This document shows positions 15,172 to 27,720 of a stretch of 64,000 nucleotides of DNA, piece by piece (positions within the stretch are counted from its first letter, which is position 1; every line of letters begins with the position of its first letter). The position numbers and the translations under genes were made by a program. Origin of the DNA: Rhizophagus irregularis (Eukaryota); the NCBI RefSeq assembly GCF_026210795.1, contig NC_089431.1:2728001-2792000 (forward strand). Direction: 5' to 3'. Under the pieces are notes generated by a model, which saw only the letters and a list, made by a program, of their open reading frames with translations, made no database searches and had not been told where the DNA came from.

Positions 15172-15870
15172 ATGACAGAATCAAATGTTAATAATACAAA
15201 TACAATTCCTACAGAGAGTTCATCACCATTTTCAACAACGAGCGTTCCATCAACAGTTCCTCCAATTCCTCCAGTTCCTCCAGTTCCTCCAGTATCTCTT
15301 GCCGAGAATCCATTACCTACATCAATTTTACCTGATTGCAATGTCATTGATTGTCCTCTTAATACACCATTCCCGGAACCAACTACAACAACTATACCAG
15401 AAACGGCAGAAATACCGATATCAACAATATCAACAATATACAATTCAACTGATTCTTCTTCAGGTTCTTCAGATTCAACCAATTTAAATAATTCAAACAA
15501 TTTTCATTTATCAAATATGACTATAATATTATTTATAATAATTCCTATAATACTTATAATATTATCTATAATAATTGGTATAATAATTTATAAACGTACT
15601 CATAAAAAACATAATGAAGGAACAATATTACAATTTGAACCAATGCATCCTAATGTTGTTGTAGTTGACGCTGATGGAAATAGTTTAGGAAAAAGAAATA
15701 GTACTAGTAATAATAGTAATTTTACTAATAATAGTAATAGTAAAGGAAAAGGGAATAGAAGTCCAAGTAGAATGATTAAAGTTTTGGCTTATGATGAAGA
15801 AAATGGTTGTATTGTAGGAAATAATAATAATACAAATCGAAAGACTATGTATTACGAAGATTATCGTTAA
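15172..15870 (+). CDS. Single-pass membrane protein with S/T/P-rich (mucin-like) N-terminus
   Basis: 232-aa ORF; TM IILFIIIPIILIILSIIIGIIIY followed by KRTHKKH. Confidence 0.85.
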   Translation: MTESNVNNTNTIPTESSSPFSTTSVPSTVPPIPPVPPVPPVSLAENPLPTSILPDCNVIDCPLNTPFPEPTTTTIPETAEIPISTISTIYNSTDSSSGSSDSTNLNNSNNFHLSNMTIILFIIIPIILIILSIIIGIIIYKRTHKKHNEGTILQFEPMHPNVVVVDADGNSLGKRNSTSNNSNFTNNSNSKGKGNRSPSRMIKVLAYDEENGCIVGNNNNTNRKTMYYEDYR

Positions 15871-17830
15871 AAAAAAAAGAACTTTTTTTTTATATACATA
15901 TAATTTTTTTTTAAAAAAAAATAAGGTTTGGAAATTTTTTTTTTTTATTTATTTATTTATTATATTTTATTTTAAAAAAAAAATTTCAATAATTTTTATT
16001 TTTTTAAAAAAAAATTGAAATTATTTAATATACGATAAATAACATATCAAATAAAAGAATTATTTAATGGAATAAATCAGTGCTGAAAGTACTGAACATT
16101 TTTTTTTCTTCTTTTCTTTTCTTTCTTTTCGTTGAAGAAAACGCGGCGCAGAAATTTAACGTAGCGATTAATAATAACGCAGTTAAAAAAGAAAAATTCC
16201 CAAGATTTTTTTTTAAAGTTATTATGTCAGAATTACACGAATTTTATTTTAATCCAAGACTTTCCATAATATATTATATGCGTAATGAAAAAAATAATGA
16301 AAATGAAAAAATCATTTTAAAATGTTTCCGACTTTCCGTATTCCGATTACCCGTTAACTATATTAAGTGAATATTAAGTTGTTGTATTCCTATTTCGTAT
16401 TTTTTCTTATTTAAAAATGATGCATAGTTCTCCGCTTTTTTTTTTTATCTGCAATAAATTTATGCAAAACCAAGTTTTTTTTTTTTTGATTTTTAACATT
16501 ATCTGTATATATTATTTTATGTTACTCAATCCCTTTTTACATAGATAGTCACATGTACATAACAAATACTTATCCAAAAAGTTCAATTATTTTCTAAAAG
16601 AAGAGAAAAAACTTTTTTATTTTTTTTTAAAAAAAATGATATCATTCCCTTATTTTTCTTAAGAAGATGATAAAAGAAAGTATATTTAGTTAATTTTATT
16701 CAAACTAAAAATATTTCTTTTTTTTTTTACTCTTGTTCGAAAGAAAAAAAATATTCGGTAGTGAACATGCATTATAGCGTCACATCGACATTTTTGTGTA
16801 ACAGTTTTACAATATGTATTAATTTTCTTGTAAATTACCCCAAGAAATGTTGAAAATCCAACTAAATAGAAAAAGGCCAATCAAAATTTTTTTTGATTTT
16901 TTTAATGATAATATTATAATATTTATAATTAGTTAATTAGTTTCGATTTAAAAGTAAAAAAAAAATATATATATATGTGTTAATAACGAATAATAGGTTT
17001 TTATGTTTTCGTTGGAACTGGTTATGATAGGGTCCAATTTTTTGGTGTAGTCTTTGTAGTTTTGAACTTTTTATTTTTTTTTCGCGTGTACAGATCTCAC
17101 ATGGTTCTATGTGAATGGATGGTCTTTCTCATTGTAATTAGTGATTAATATTTACTTTATTTTATTTTTTAATATTAGTAAGACTGATCGGTCTTGCCTT
17201 AATGGTCCCAAAAATTCTTGTCTTTTTTTTTTGTATTCTCGGACCGATCTTTTTAATATTTTAGCGTGAAATCGTTATGATTACGGATAAGTATCATTGG
17301 AAATGATCCTATTGGTTATAATTATAATAAACAATTAACCAATTTTGATATAGAAAGAAAAATATCATTCTAATATATCTAATATATAACTGATAATGTT
17401 AAAAAACTTTATAATATCGATTTACAAATCATAATAATGATATAATAATCATAATTTTTAATTTTATCCTAAAAAATTCATGTTTTTTTTATCTTGAGAG
17501 TACAAATATTCTCTTTCTGTGCCTTTTTTAGTTTGAGTTTTTTACTTGTACTTTATTCTCGTCTACTTACACAGATTTTTGTGCCCATTTACAGTATTAT
17601 TGAGAACTTGTTCTCATTCCTGTTTTATAGTTTAATTTAATTTTTTTAATTGAAATATTATTCGCACGATAAATAATTTCAGGTTGTTTATACAGTACCA
17701 TACAAGTTTTACTGTCGGATGTCGGATATACACGAAAGCTAGATGATCCGTCACGTAAATCACGTGTATATTTTTTATGTAACCTAACAGCTGATTTATG
17801 ATTATTATACTGGGTATGAAAAAGTGTCTT

Positions 17831-18030
17831 CAAAGTTTCGGCTAGATTGAACGGGTCAGCTATTCCGGTAAAAAATCACGTGCGTGTCATTCAAAGTTTC
17901 GGGACCAATATGGGCTAGATTGAACGGGTCAGCTATTCCGGTAAAAAATCACGTGTGTGTCATTCAAAGTTTCGGGACCAATATGGCTAGATTGAATCAG
18001 GTCAGCCATCCCGGTAAAAAATCATGTGCG
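17831..18030. repeat. ~73-bp tandem repeat, about three copies
   Basis: ggctagattgaacgggtcagctattccggtaaaaaatcacgtg..tcattcaaagtttcgg repeated. Confidence 0.9.
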
Positions 18031-18282
18031 CACTTCTCTTCAGAACGCCGAGAATTAGCATAAAAAAAAATATTAAAGGTATGCATATTTGCTTATGTAT
18101 AATAAGTTTCTTTTTGATATCATTATTAATAATTTATTATGTTATAAAGTGCCGAATGGAAAATTCGGACGATTTTGCTGGATGTTTCATTAATTCCTTT
18201 GAGTACTCTAAAATAGATCATAATACAATTTTTTTGAGTCTCTAAAATAGATCGTATTACAATTTTCATTAATTCAAAGAAT

Positions 18283-19190
18283 TCAAAAATTGAAAGCGAA
18301 ATTCCCAACAGCGTGAATATTTAAGAAGTCTATTGGCGCACTGCTCATTTCGAGGAACACAACCTCTGATAGACGAACTCCTACTATGTCCGCTTTCATT
18401 CTTCCCTTGTTTAAACTGACAAGACATTTGCGTCCCTCAAAGTTGATTATCACCATCTTTGCCTTTAATCCAATCGCTCCCAGGGCGCGCGATACAAAAT
18501 TCTTAGTCATTGGATTGCCTGTCCAATGTGTATAGTTCTCATGGAATGTAGTGAAGGGCTCATTGATACCATCTCTATACATGTCGGCTATGAATTGATG
18601 ATATAAGACCTTTTTTCCGTTGTTATACATGTGTAGACTCGATATCATGTTCGATCCTATGGGTTTGAATACATAAGTAGTTAGGTTTTATAAGTGGTAA
18701 AAATTCCAGAAAAATGGTGCTTACCAATGGAATAGTATCTTATTTCTTGGAGGAAGGTAAACAGCGGAAATAATTTGTTGACTATCCAGTCTCATCAATA
18801 GTCCGAGAACATCAATTATTTTGTTGACGCTAAATTGATTGATTGATATTATTACATGGATAGAATGAAATGTCTTGACTACTAAAATAACAACTTAATG
18901 TATCGTATCATAGCCGTATGCATGGGACTCAATTTTTATTCTGACTTTCTCTATTGAGGACAACAATTAAGTATAACCATTTGACGATTATTTCTACAGG
19001 TAGCCATTTTACTGACCTCTAAAACATTCTCCAATCATTCTCTCCAATCACCTTTCTGGTTCTTGCCCTCTGAATTTTTTGACTATCTGGTTTTCAATCT
19101 CAACTTCTTCAATGGAAACTTTGGCTAATTCTATAAATGAATTCTGAGGGTATAATTGTTTCATTTCCGACGGGTCATCATGCTTTCGTT
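18283..19190 (-). pseudogene. Degenerate, possibly chimeric coding remnant
   Basis: GC-richer coding-like tract with stops. The open part 18283-18648 reads ...FHENYTHWTGNPMTKNFVSRALGAIGLK...KADIVGVRLSEVVFLEMS. Confidence 0.45.
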
Positions 19191-21659
19191 TCTAATCATG
19201 TCAATGGTAAAGCATTAATAATGATAACACAGAAAAGGCCGATCTTTCTGCGACAGCCTACCGCCGATAATCTACAGTAAAATATTTTTGAGTAATTTCG
19301 AAAGAACTCCAGTTCATACACACCGATAAATGACTTACATTAATTATAGTTGAGATCTTGTTGAATGCGCAGACCTGTGTCGTGGTGTATTCGGCAAGCT
19401 AGAATCTAGAGCAACTATAACTCAAACATACGTTTTTCTTTTAACCTTATCTCCCAATCTCCCAATCTCTTTGTATAATTTCTTCCTATTTGTGGGAGAA
19501 CAGACATTAAAAACACTTTATATTTCGTCAATATTGCCATGCTTAAATACATACATCGAGCTTATCACCCTTTATACTACGACTTAAGACAAAACCAAAT
19601 CATTTTTTAATTTTCAATACGTGACGGCGGATGAATTAAGCGAAAAAAATCCAATTGGAGTTGGTTCTGGAGAATCAGTTTAAGGTCCAGTTTATTTTTA
19701 ATTCCTGGCAACTCTTACATGTTTTTTCTTTCCCATTATTGCTATTATTGCTTAACGAAAAAAAGGAGAATTGTAAGTGTTATCGTAATTAGAAGTGTCA
19801 ACTGTCAAGCAAATACTAAAAGCGAGCAGTCCTTCAATTAAGGCCAGCCGCCGCTTGATGGCGACTCGCCATAACTTCCTATACTCTATCGCAGGCACTT
19901 CTTTCGTGCTTAACAAAACTATCAATATAACTTGTGACGAGAATTTTTGCTAAACTTATTTGGTAATGAGCGAAAAAACGCTGATAATGAAAAATAGTAG
20001 AATTACGCGCATTTATACGCGTTTGCAAAATGTCAGATGATCTTGATGTGCTAGGGGATGGCTTAAATTGATAATCCGTACTGAAGTTCCGGTTTATTAA
20101 TATGGATGAATAGAATAAAGAAGATAAGTGTTCAGGTGGATGTCTCGTTTATTAGCATATGCTGATATGCGCGGATTTTTGGAAAGATATATTAAGTCTA
20201 ACCCAACTTTTAGTCCAAAAATGCCTGAATATTCACGTGATTTTTGATTGCTCCCATGATGTGATAATGCAAAAGTCAGGCACATTATATAATAAATTAC
20301 ATACCGTTATAAGTTATAACACTGGGAAATGTTTTCATTAATTTGTTCATTTGTGTAAGAAAGCAATGAATTAGTATGGCACAGAGACTCACATTAAATG
20401 GCCTATGAAAGCATGTCATATACATTGCAAAAGAATCACTGCTATATGTTATATTACATAATTTTCGCCATATTAGGCTTTGGGTGTATTGTAAAGTTAA
20501 ATTCGCATATCTTTATTACATTAATTAAAAGAATTAATTAAAAGAAAAAGCAAACACTATAATAATTATATAAATAAATGGTAAATAAATCACTTCTTTG
20601 TTTCCCACCTTTTTTTTGAACCTTTCTTTTCATTTTTTTATTAGTAGCTAATCAGCATTTATCACAATCTCAGTTTCTTTAGCTTCTTTATATCACTCAT
20701 CAATAGCTTCTTTAGCTTTTTTACTGATATAAATTTATGAGTATACTCATTGATATAGTAAAGATTTCTTGGTGAAAGAAAAGTTTATTAGAACCTCTTT
20801 CATATCACATCTTCCATATATCATCAGTTCATCAGTACCAAAACTATAAGTAAATAATGCCATCAAAGTCTTTTAACCAAAAGAATGTATTATCATTTAT
20901 CACTTGAAAAATACAAACATTAATAAAATTATAAAGTTTAGCAAATCTTTCAACTTTATGATCATGCAGAATATTTTTGTTTGTCTCATCATAAAATTAA
21001 TATTGACTTTTTAATAAGTTAAAAAAAGTGAGCAGATTTTTTTTATATTATGCTTTATTGTCAACCAACAATTCTTATATAGAGGCATTTTTTTTGTATA
21101 TCTGTATAAATTGCATATATCTTTATTGGAAGGTCTTATCTTTACTGTTTCAATATAGTTGTCATTATAATCCCATAAGAGTTCCACTCTTCTCAACAAA
21201 TTTCCATTTGTGTTTTATAGAAATATGTAAAGATTCATTAAATTGAATTTCTATTATAAAATCAATAACTTTATTTTAATTTCTGTAAAATCTATTAATA
21301 TTATTATTCTAAACAAAAACTTTTTTACTCTCTAATCCAAAAAAATTGTTAATACTATAGAACAATTTTCAGGTTTTTTCTTTCAAATTATTATCTAAGT
21401 TGCCAGTTAATCTGGATATTTAAATAAATAATCCATTTGTTGTTTAAGAAATATTAAAGTTTTTAAAATTTGATTTATATTTACTGTGTAAAATATTCTA
21501 TATTATACTCATTTGAATTATTATACCATGCATCTATTATCATATTCAGTTTTTCATCTAGATATTTTAGATATTGCTATTCATTTTTTTTGAAATATTA
21601 TACAAAATTTTTAGTTAATATTGAAAAAAAAATATAGTATACTTTAAATATATTGATAT

Positions 21660-22680
21660 ATAGGGATCGACTACATTTCTCACCTGCCGATCACTTAACC
21701 ATTTTTCCAGCGGAAGTTGCTGAAGGAAAAACTTTGGTTTTTCTTATTCAAGTGGTTGTAAAGTGCTTTTATTATTTATTTTAGACTTCTCGGTCATTCT
21801 TTTAAAACTCGAATGGGCTTTTAACTCAAAGTTTTGGTGAAGTTACAAAACTATGGAGCAGTTCTCATCAAAAGTAATCTTACTTCTGCGAAGCTTTTCT
21901 TCCACTGGGTTCCTAAAAGTTGTAACAGTTATGCATTGGGTGGCTGGGCTTTGAACTCTGCACTAGTGTGAAGCTTTCCTGTTAGTTTCTTTACTTTTGG
22001 AAGTATGGCGAAAGTTTTTTTCATGGAGTATCAGTTGATGTTAATGGTGCCACTTAGGAAGCAGGCTTTTTCTTTTTTATTAGTTGAAGTTATAGAAGTT
22101 GTAGTTGTAGACGGAGGCTTGGTGTTTATTACCTTCTTTACTCAGTTTTTCCCTTAAGGGTTTTCTGAAGTTATGACTTTCATTTTTGTTTTTTGTTTTT
22201 TTTGTTTTTTTTTTTCCTGAAATTTTGGCATTTTTATATCGGTTTTCCTTTTGGGAAACTGGGGGTATTGGAATGTTGATCATCTGGGCTGGAGGTTTGG
22301 TGTTACTTAATTTTTTTGGATTTATGTAGATCGGTTAATATAGGGAGGCTGATAGGATTGGTGAATTTTAGTTTTTAATTTTTACTAATCAAGTTGATTA
22401 GCAGTTGATCCATCAAAAGTACTAATATTAGATTGCTTACAATGTCATTAGCTGGATCTGGTGTATCCGCTTGGATTTAGTGAAATACCATAGCATTAGG
22501 AAGTGCATCTCCTACCGCTGTGGGCTTTTACTCCTCCTCTATATGAGAACTTTGTAGGGATTATGAAGGGGTTTGGCTTTTGTTTTTATTTGTTTTTAAT
22601 GTTAATATAATGGTAATATGGCTACTTGGAGAAATTTGATGGTTGCATCCATACAGGTGGATATAGCTAATTTAGAAAAT
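21660..22680 (-). pseudogene. Decayed ORF remnant, possibly retroelement ORF1-like
   Basis: GC-richer, lysine-rich broken frames on the minus strand. No diagnostic motif recognised. Confidence 0.3.
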
Positions 22681-22711
22681 AGTTTTCATTATTGTTAACT
22701 AATTTTAATGT

Positions 22712-23239
22712 CCCTATAAAAAGTATTATACTTAAAATATACTTAAAATATATTTAAAATATACTTAATTTAAAAATTGCAAAATACTTATAATATATTT
22801 TTAATATATCTAAAATATACTTAAAATTATCTTAAAATATATGTCTAATATATTTAATTTTTTGCCCATATACTTAAAATATATTTAAATTATATTTAAA
22901 TTAAAATTTAAGTATATTATAAGATTATTATAAGTATATTTTTTACATACTTAAAATATATTTAAAATATATTATGAAATATATTATAAGAATATTTTAA
23001 GTATGTAAAAAATATATCTATAATATACTTAAATTTTAATTTAAATATAATTTAAGTATATTTTAAGTATTTGGGCAAAAATTAAATATATTAGAAATAT
23101 ATTTTAAAATAATTTTAAATACATTTTAAGTATATTATAAGTATTTCGCAATTTTTAAATTAAATATATTTTAAATATATTTTAAGTATATTTTAAAAAG
23201 TTTTTAATTATATTTTAAATATAAATACTTTTTATAGGG
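22712..23239. mobile_element. Foldback-type palindromic MITE
   Basis: Ends ccctataaaaagtat / atactttttataggg. The element is a long imperfect inverted repeat built of tacttaaaata subrepeats (tttgcccatatacttaaaat at ~22861 mirrors attttaagtatttgggcaaa at ~23060). Confidence 0.8.
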
Positions 23240-24056
23240 TGTAAGCATATATAAACCATTAAATTATAAAAAAATATATATATATATACAGTCAACTCCC
23301 TCTATAGTCACTCCCGTTATAGTCACATTCTACTATATAGTCACACCAGTTGAATGTTCAAAACACTTTATTATTAAAATCTATCCTATATAGTCACAAT
23401 CTATCTATAGTCACTATCACACCTATCCTCAAAAATCTTATATTAAAAAAAACCGTTTATAATCACAGTTATATAAAGAATATATTAAATAACTTGGCAT
23501 CTAATAATCGTACAAAGATGTATCATAGCTTGTTAGAATCGTCTCACTGAGACGAATCGAATGGTGGTAGTTTTATTCTTTTCTGATCACTGACTGACGA
23601 GTTATTCAACAAAATGTTAAACATCGACATTATAATATTTCTTGATTTACGTTTACTGCGCCATTTAACATTTTACCAGATTTCTCGGTACCTAGTGATT
23701 GTAAAAAGACGATTTATAGCTCGTTGGAATCGCCTCATCGAGACGAATCGAATGGTGGTAAGCTCATCTCTCTGTGAGCAATATTGACGGAGTTATTACT
23801 TAAAAACCATTTAATATTTTTTAATTTCAGAAATTGATCTAGTGATTGGATTTCGATGTATCTTATACCATTAGATTCGTCTCATCAAGACGAATCGAAT
23901 GGTAGTAAGATCATCTTTCTAGGATCAATATTGGCAGAGTTATTATACAAAAACCATTAATATTTTTTTAATTTTGGAAATTAATCTAGTGATTGGATTT
24001 CGACGTATTTTATACCATTAGAACTGTCTCATCAAGACAAATCGAATGGCGGTAAG

Positions 24057-24278
24057 TAAGGTTGCTTGCCGAAACCTTCTTAATAACTGCCGAAACCTAT
24101 ACGGAAAATGCCGAAACTATATTAAATCATATTAAAAATCCTGCCAAAACTTTGCCGAAATGCCGAAACCCCCATTTGCTAAAACTGCTGAAACCCTGCC
24201 GAAACTATAGTAAACATATAGTAAAATCTTGCCGAAATTTATCGCAGGATTTTGGAGAGGTTTTGGCAAGCAACCTTA
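24057..24278. mobile_element. hAT-type MITE
   Basis: TIR taaggttgcttgcc / ggcaagcaacctta and internal gccgaaac repeats. The 8-bp TSD gcggtaag is at 24049-24056 and is restored on the right (26618-26625) once the next insertion is removed. Confidence 0.9.
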
Positions 24279-24282
24279 GCGG

Positions 24283-26613
24283 TAGGGTGTCCAGGATGGG
24301 TTGTCGTAATGGTCTAAAAATCGCGTGTGATTTTCACGATTTTATCGCGAAAATCGCGATTATAATTTTGGCCGAAATTAACATAATTTCGACCAGAATT
24401 AACATTAAAAAACTTACAATTTTTATTTTTATTATTTTATTTACAATTTTTCGTCTTTACAAAAATTTCATCTATAAACTATTCCCTAACTAGCAAATTA
24501 ATATCAATATTACCATTCAGATTAAAATAAAGAAAATTAAGCATTTTAATGCTTTCTTCTTTAAGCGCCACTCTTCTATCCGATAATATACTTTTGTAAC
24601 TAGAAAAACTACGTTCAATATCTACACCAGATACTGGTAACCATATATATCTCAAAGCTAATGAACTAAGTTCCGGTAATAAATGCGATTTACCTCGCCA
24701 ATATACATCTAAATTTTCAAATTCTTCAACAGATTTATTTAATCCACAGTAAATACCCCATTCTTGTATTAAAATATCCATAGGAAATTGAAATTCTTCA
24801 ATAATTCTATAGTCTCCCATATTATGATGTGCCGTATTGGACTGAATAAATCTTGGATCAAAGGATTGTATCGCTCTAAATAATGGTAAAGCTGGATGAT
24901 TAGATATATGTTTTTCACACTTTTCATAAGCCAACACAAAAGCCTTAGAAAATAATGAGATAAATGGTTCTCTATCATAATTTCTTTCATTGAAAATTTG
25001 TTCTATTTCATTTGAAACTGGAGGATTCCTTCTTCCTGATGAAAGAAAAGCTTGAAGGTTTATTATTCGTGAATAAACAAAGGGAGCTATAGCTTTGTTT
25101 CGTATTTTAAAGAATTCCAAATCATTAAACAATCTGAATAAAATTCAATAAATGATAAGTATAATAAAATTAATGAAGTTATAGCTAATAATTTATTTTC
25201 TTACCTGCCACAATTGTATGTAATAAAAAATATAAAAATTTCAACGTATGAAACATGATCATGATGTTCGCAAAAAGTCTGAAGATACCGGATAGCTTTT
25301 GAATCATGATTGATAGAATATTCTGTATTAATAAATGTAATTACATGAGGATATATAGGTTTGATCCAATATAAAAATGAAAACCAGGAGTTCCACCACG
25401 TTTTCACAGGTAATGGAGCTAAAGTAGGAGATTCAACATTATTTCGCAGTAAATGCTCCTTCCAACGAATTTTTCTTTGTGAATTATAAACAAAAATTGC
25501 TTTGAAATTAGAAACCAATCTGTCAACTAATTCAAATTTTTGAAAATCAATCCAAGTTTCACCAATTAGATTAAGGATGTGTGCCGAGGCGAACAATTGT
25601 GTTTCATTTTTGGTAAAAAAGGAGATAAATGGGAATATGCCAATTTCATATATGAAGCATTGTCAGATATAAAAAAAATAACGTTTTGATAGGGAATATT
25701 ATATAGATGAATTGTATCTATAACAAATTGAGAAATCATTGAGGCATTAACATTAGGTATAAAATTTGTTAGCTAATTTAGTTTGGTTATCAAAGCTAAA
25801 TAAAATATTAACAGCATTGAGCCACGACGGTCAGTAGTCTCATCAATTGTTAAGCAAATACTTTTGTTAACTATAACTGTCTTCAATTTTTGAAATTCTA
25901 TTTCATACGATAATGGAAGATATTTTTCACGAAGCTGATTTGCTTCAGTAATTAAGCCTCCTATAAAAATAAAAATGCAAATGGAAATAATTATATAAGT
26001 AAATTATTGTAATAAAGTAAAGTTAGTTTAATTTAAAATATAAAATTCATACCGTTTTTACAATATTTTAGTAAAAATGGTTTTAATTTTTCAATCTTCT
26101 CAAAGGAATATCTGCAGATGTGAAAGCAGCCACTACATCAGTATTAACTTTTCTCTTTCACTTATTGTATTTTCAAATGATGGTATAGTTCTTCGAATTG
26201 GCGAATTAATATCGGTAGTTTTATTCTTAAGGTGTTTTACTGTACGAAGATGTTTATCTACAATATCTTTTCTTTTATGTTCACTTTCCTGTATTGCAAA
26301 ATCGACACCACAGCACATTGCCTTGTACAATATAATTCTCTTGATACTCTGCACTTTGTAATGATAAACGTATATGCTGGAGCAACCTTTTATAGAAAAA
26401 AAAATTAGAACAAAAATGGTTAGGATTAGAAATTTTTTCGGCTAAAAAAAAAGATTTTATTGATTGTCCAATTGAAATCAATAAAGATTATCCAATCAAA
26501 TTAAAAAGTCGTGAAAATCGCAAATTTTTGTTAAAAATCGTGACCGTGATAAAATCGCAAAAAAATTGCCAAAATCGTGATAAAATCGTGATCAACCCAT
26601 CCTGGACACCCTA
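24283..26613 (-). mobile_element. hAT DNA transposon
   Basis: Perfect 21-bp TIR tagggtgtccaggatgggttg. 8-bp TSD cttagcgg at 24275-24282 and 26614-26621. Subterminal aaaatcgcg/aaaatcgtg repeats. Confidence 0.95.
24479..26390 (-). pseudogene. hAT transposase (CGGBP1-like subgroup likely), intron-containing, frameshifted
   Basis: N-terminal zinc finger WCRFCN..KHLRTVKH; catalytic motifs LTIDETTD, ISDNASYM and DIERSFS; hATC domain YWRGKSHLLPELSSLALRYIWLPVSGVDIERSFSSYKSILSDRR. Several frameshifts. Confidence 0.9.
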
Positions 26614-27140
26614 CTTAGCGGTAAGATCATCTCTCTACGATTAATATTGGCGAAGTTATGATACAATAAAGTTTTAAGTATAATTCTGGCTAAAATTATG
26701 TTAATTTTTGGCCGGAATTATGATATACAAATATAAGAAATTTTTTATATAGTCGCATCTCTTTATAATCGCAAATATGGATGTCCCAAATGTGTGACTA
26801 TAAAGAGATTGACTATATCTTGATATATATAATTTTAGAAAGATTTTATACAAAAATATCAATAGTTTAATACTTTTCTCTAATAGAATTTTAAAATAAC
26901 TCTATAATTAGCAAATAAATAATTGTTAAATTTTTTACTAATTCTGTAATTTTATTAAAAAAGAAAAACTTTACTTTTTTTAACAATACTAATCAATTAT
27001 TACTATTATTATTGAAAATATTTTTAATAAAGTTGTATAGTTGTTACAATTATTTATACTATTATTATTTTTACAAATCATAATATTTTTTAGTCATTAT
27101 ATATATATTAATTAATTCTATATAAGGTATAAAGCTAATA

Positions 27141-27320
27141 CCGTAAAGTCCTGATTATAAGTACTTCCTGAATATAAGCATCCCCAGATTTTTATATTAC
27201 CCGAAAGTAAGCACCCTTGACCAACACTATGATAATTTTGGCCAATACTACAATATACTAAATATATAAATTTACCCAAATATAAGCAAAAAAAGGTTGC
27301 TTATATTTGGGACTTTACAG
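27141..27320. mobile_element. Mariner/pogo-type MITE
   Basis: TA-ccgtaaagtcctgattataag ... cttatatttgggactttacag-TA. Confidence 0.75.
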
Positions 27321-27445
27321 TATTTATTTTTTTTATTTAGAATTCAAAAATTTTATTAAGTGAAGAAACCTTTTTCCTTTTTTAAAATACTTAAATAATT
27401 AAATCCTATAACTTTTCTTAGGCTTTTTCGAATAAATAACTTCTA

Positions 27446-27720
27446 CGCTGGTAAAAAAATGGTCTATCTACATAGCATATCCTACACGTATCTTACAATA
27501 TATCGAATGCTCGAAATGTAGAAAATCAAATACATACATATAAACGTACGCATATCGTGCTATATATATAGTATACCTATCAGGTACCTGATATATGTAT
27601 GATATATATATTAGTACCTGATATGTGTATGATATGTGTATTATGTGTATGATTTTCTACATTTTCAGCATCTACATGCTGTAAGATAAAAGGTAGTGAT
27701 AAATCATTTTTTTACCAGTG
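27446..27720. mobile_element. MITE with CAC(TG)-type termini
   Basis: cgctggtaaaaaaatg ... catttttttaccagtg; internal imperfect dyad; TSD unclear. Confidence 0.6.

Larger units (their letters stand above)
23289..26815. mobile_element. Tc1/mariner-pogo-type non-autonomous element (TA TSD) hosting two later insertions
   Basis: TA-cagtcaactccctctatagtcac ... gtgactataaagagattgacta-TA; subterminal tatagtcac repeats. Confidence 0.8.

Noticed and set aside
8970..15500. Antisense and alternative-frame ORFs over the membrane-protein genes, and ORF 11296-11589
   Set aside because: Shadows of low-complexity coding sequence or TA-rich DNA.
20560..21600. Possible transposase remnant
   Set aside because: Too many stops and no diagnostic motif.
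23529..24050. CRISPR-like array of palindromic repeats
   Set aside because: Spacers are about 110 bp or longer and homologous to each other, the repeats are degenerate, the context is eukaryotic, and no cas genes are present.
24062..24493. 143-aa ORF
   Set aside because: It runs through MITE subterminal repeats and the hAT TIR; not a gene.
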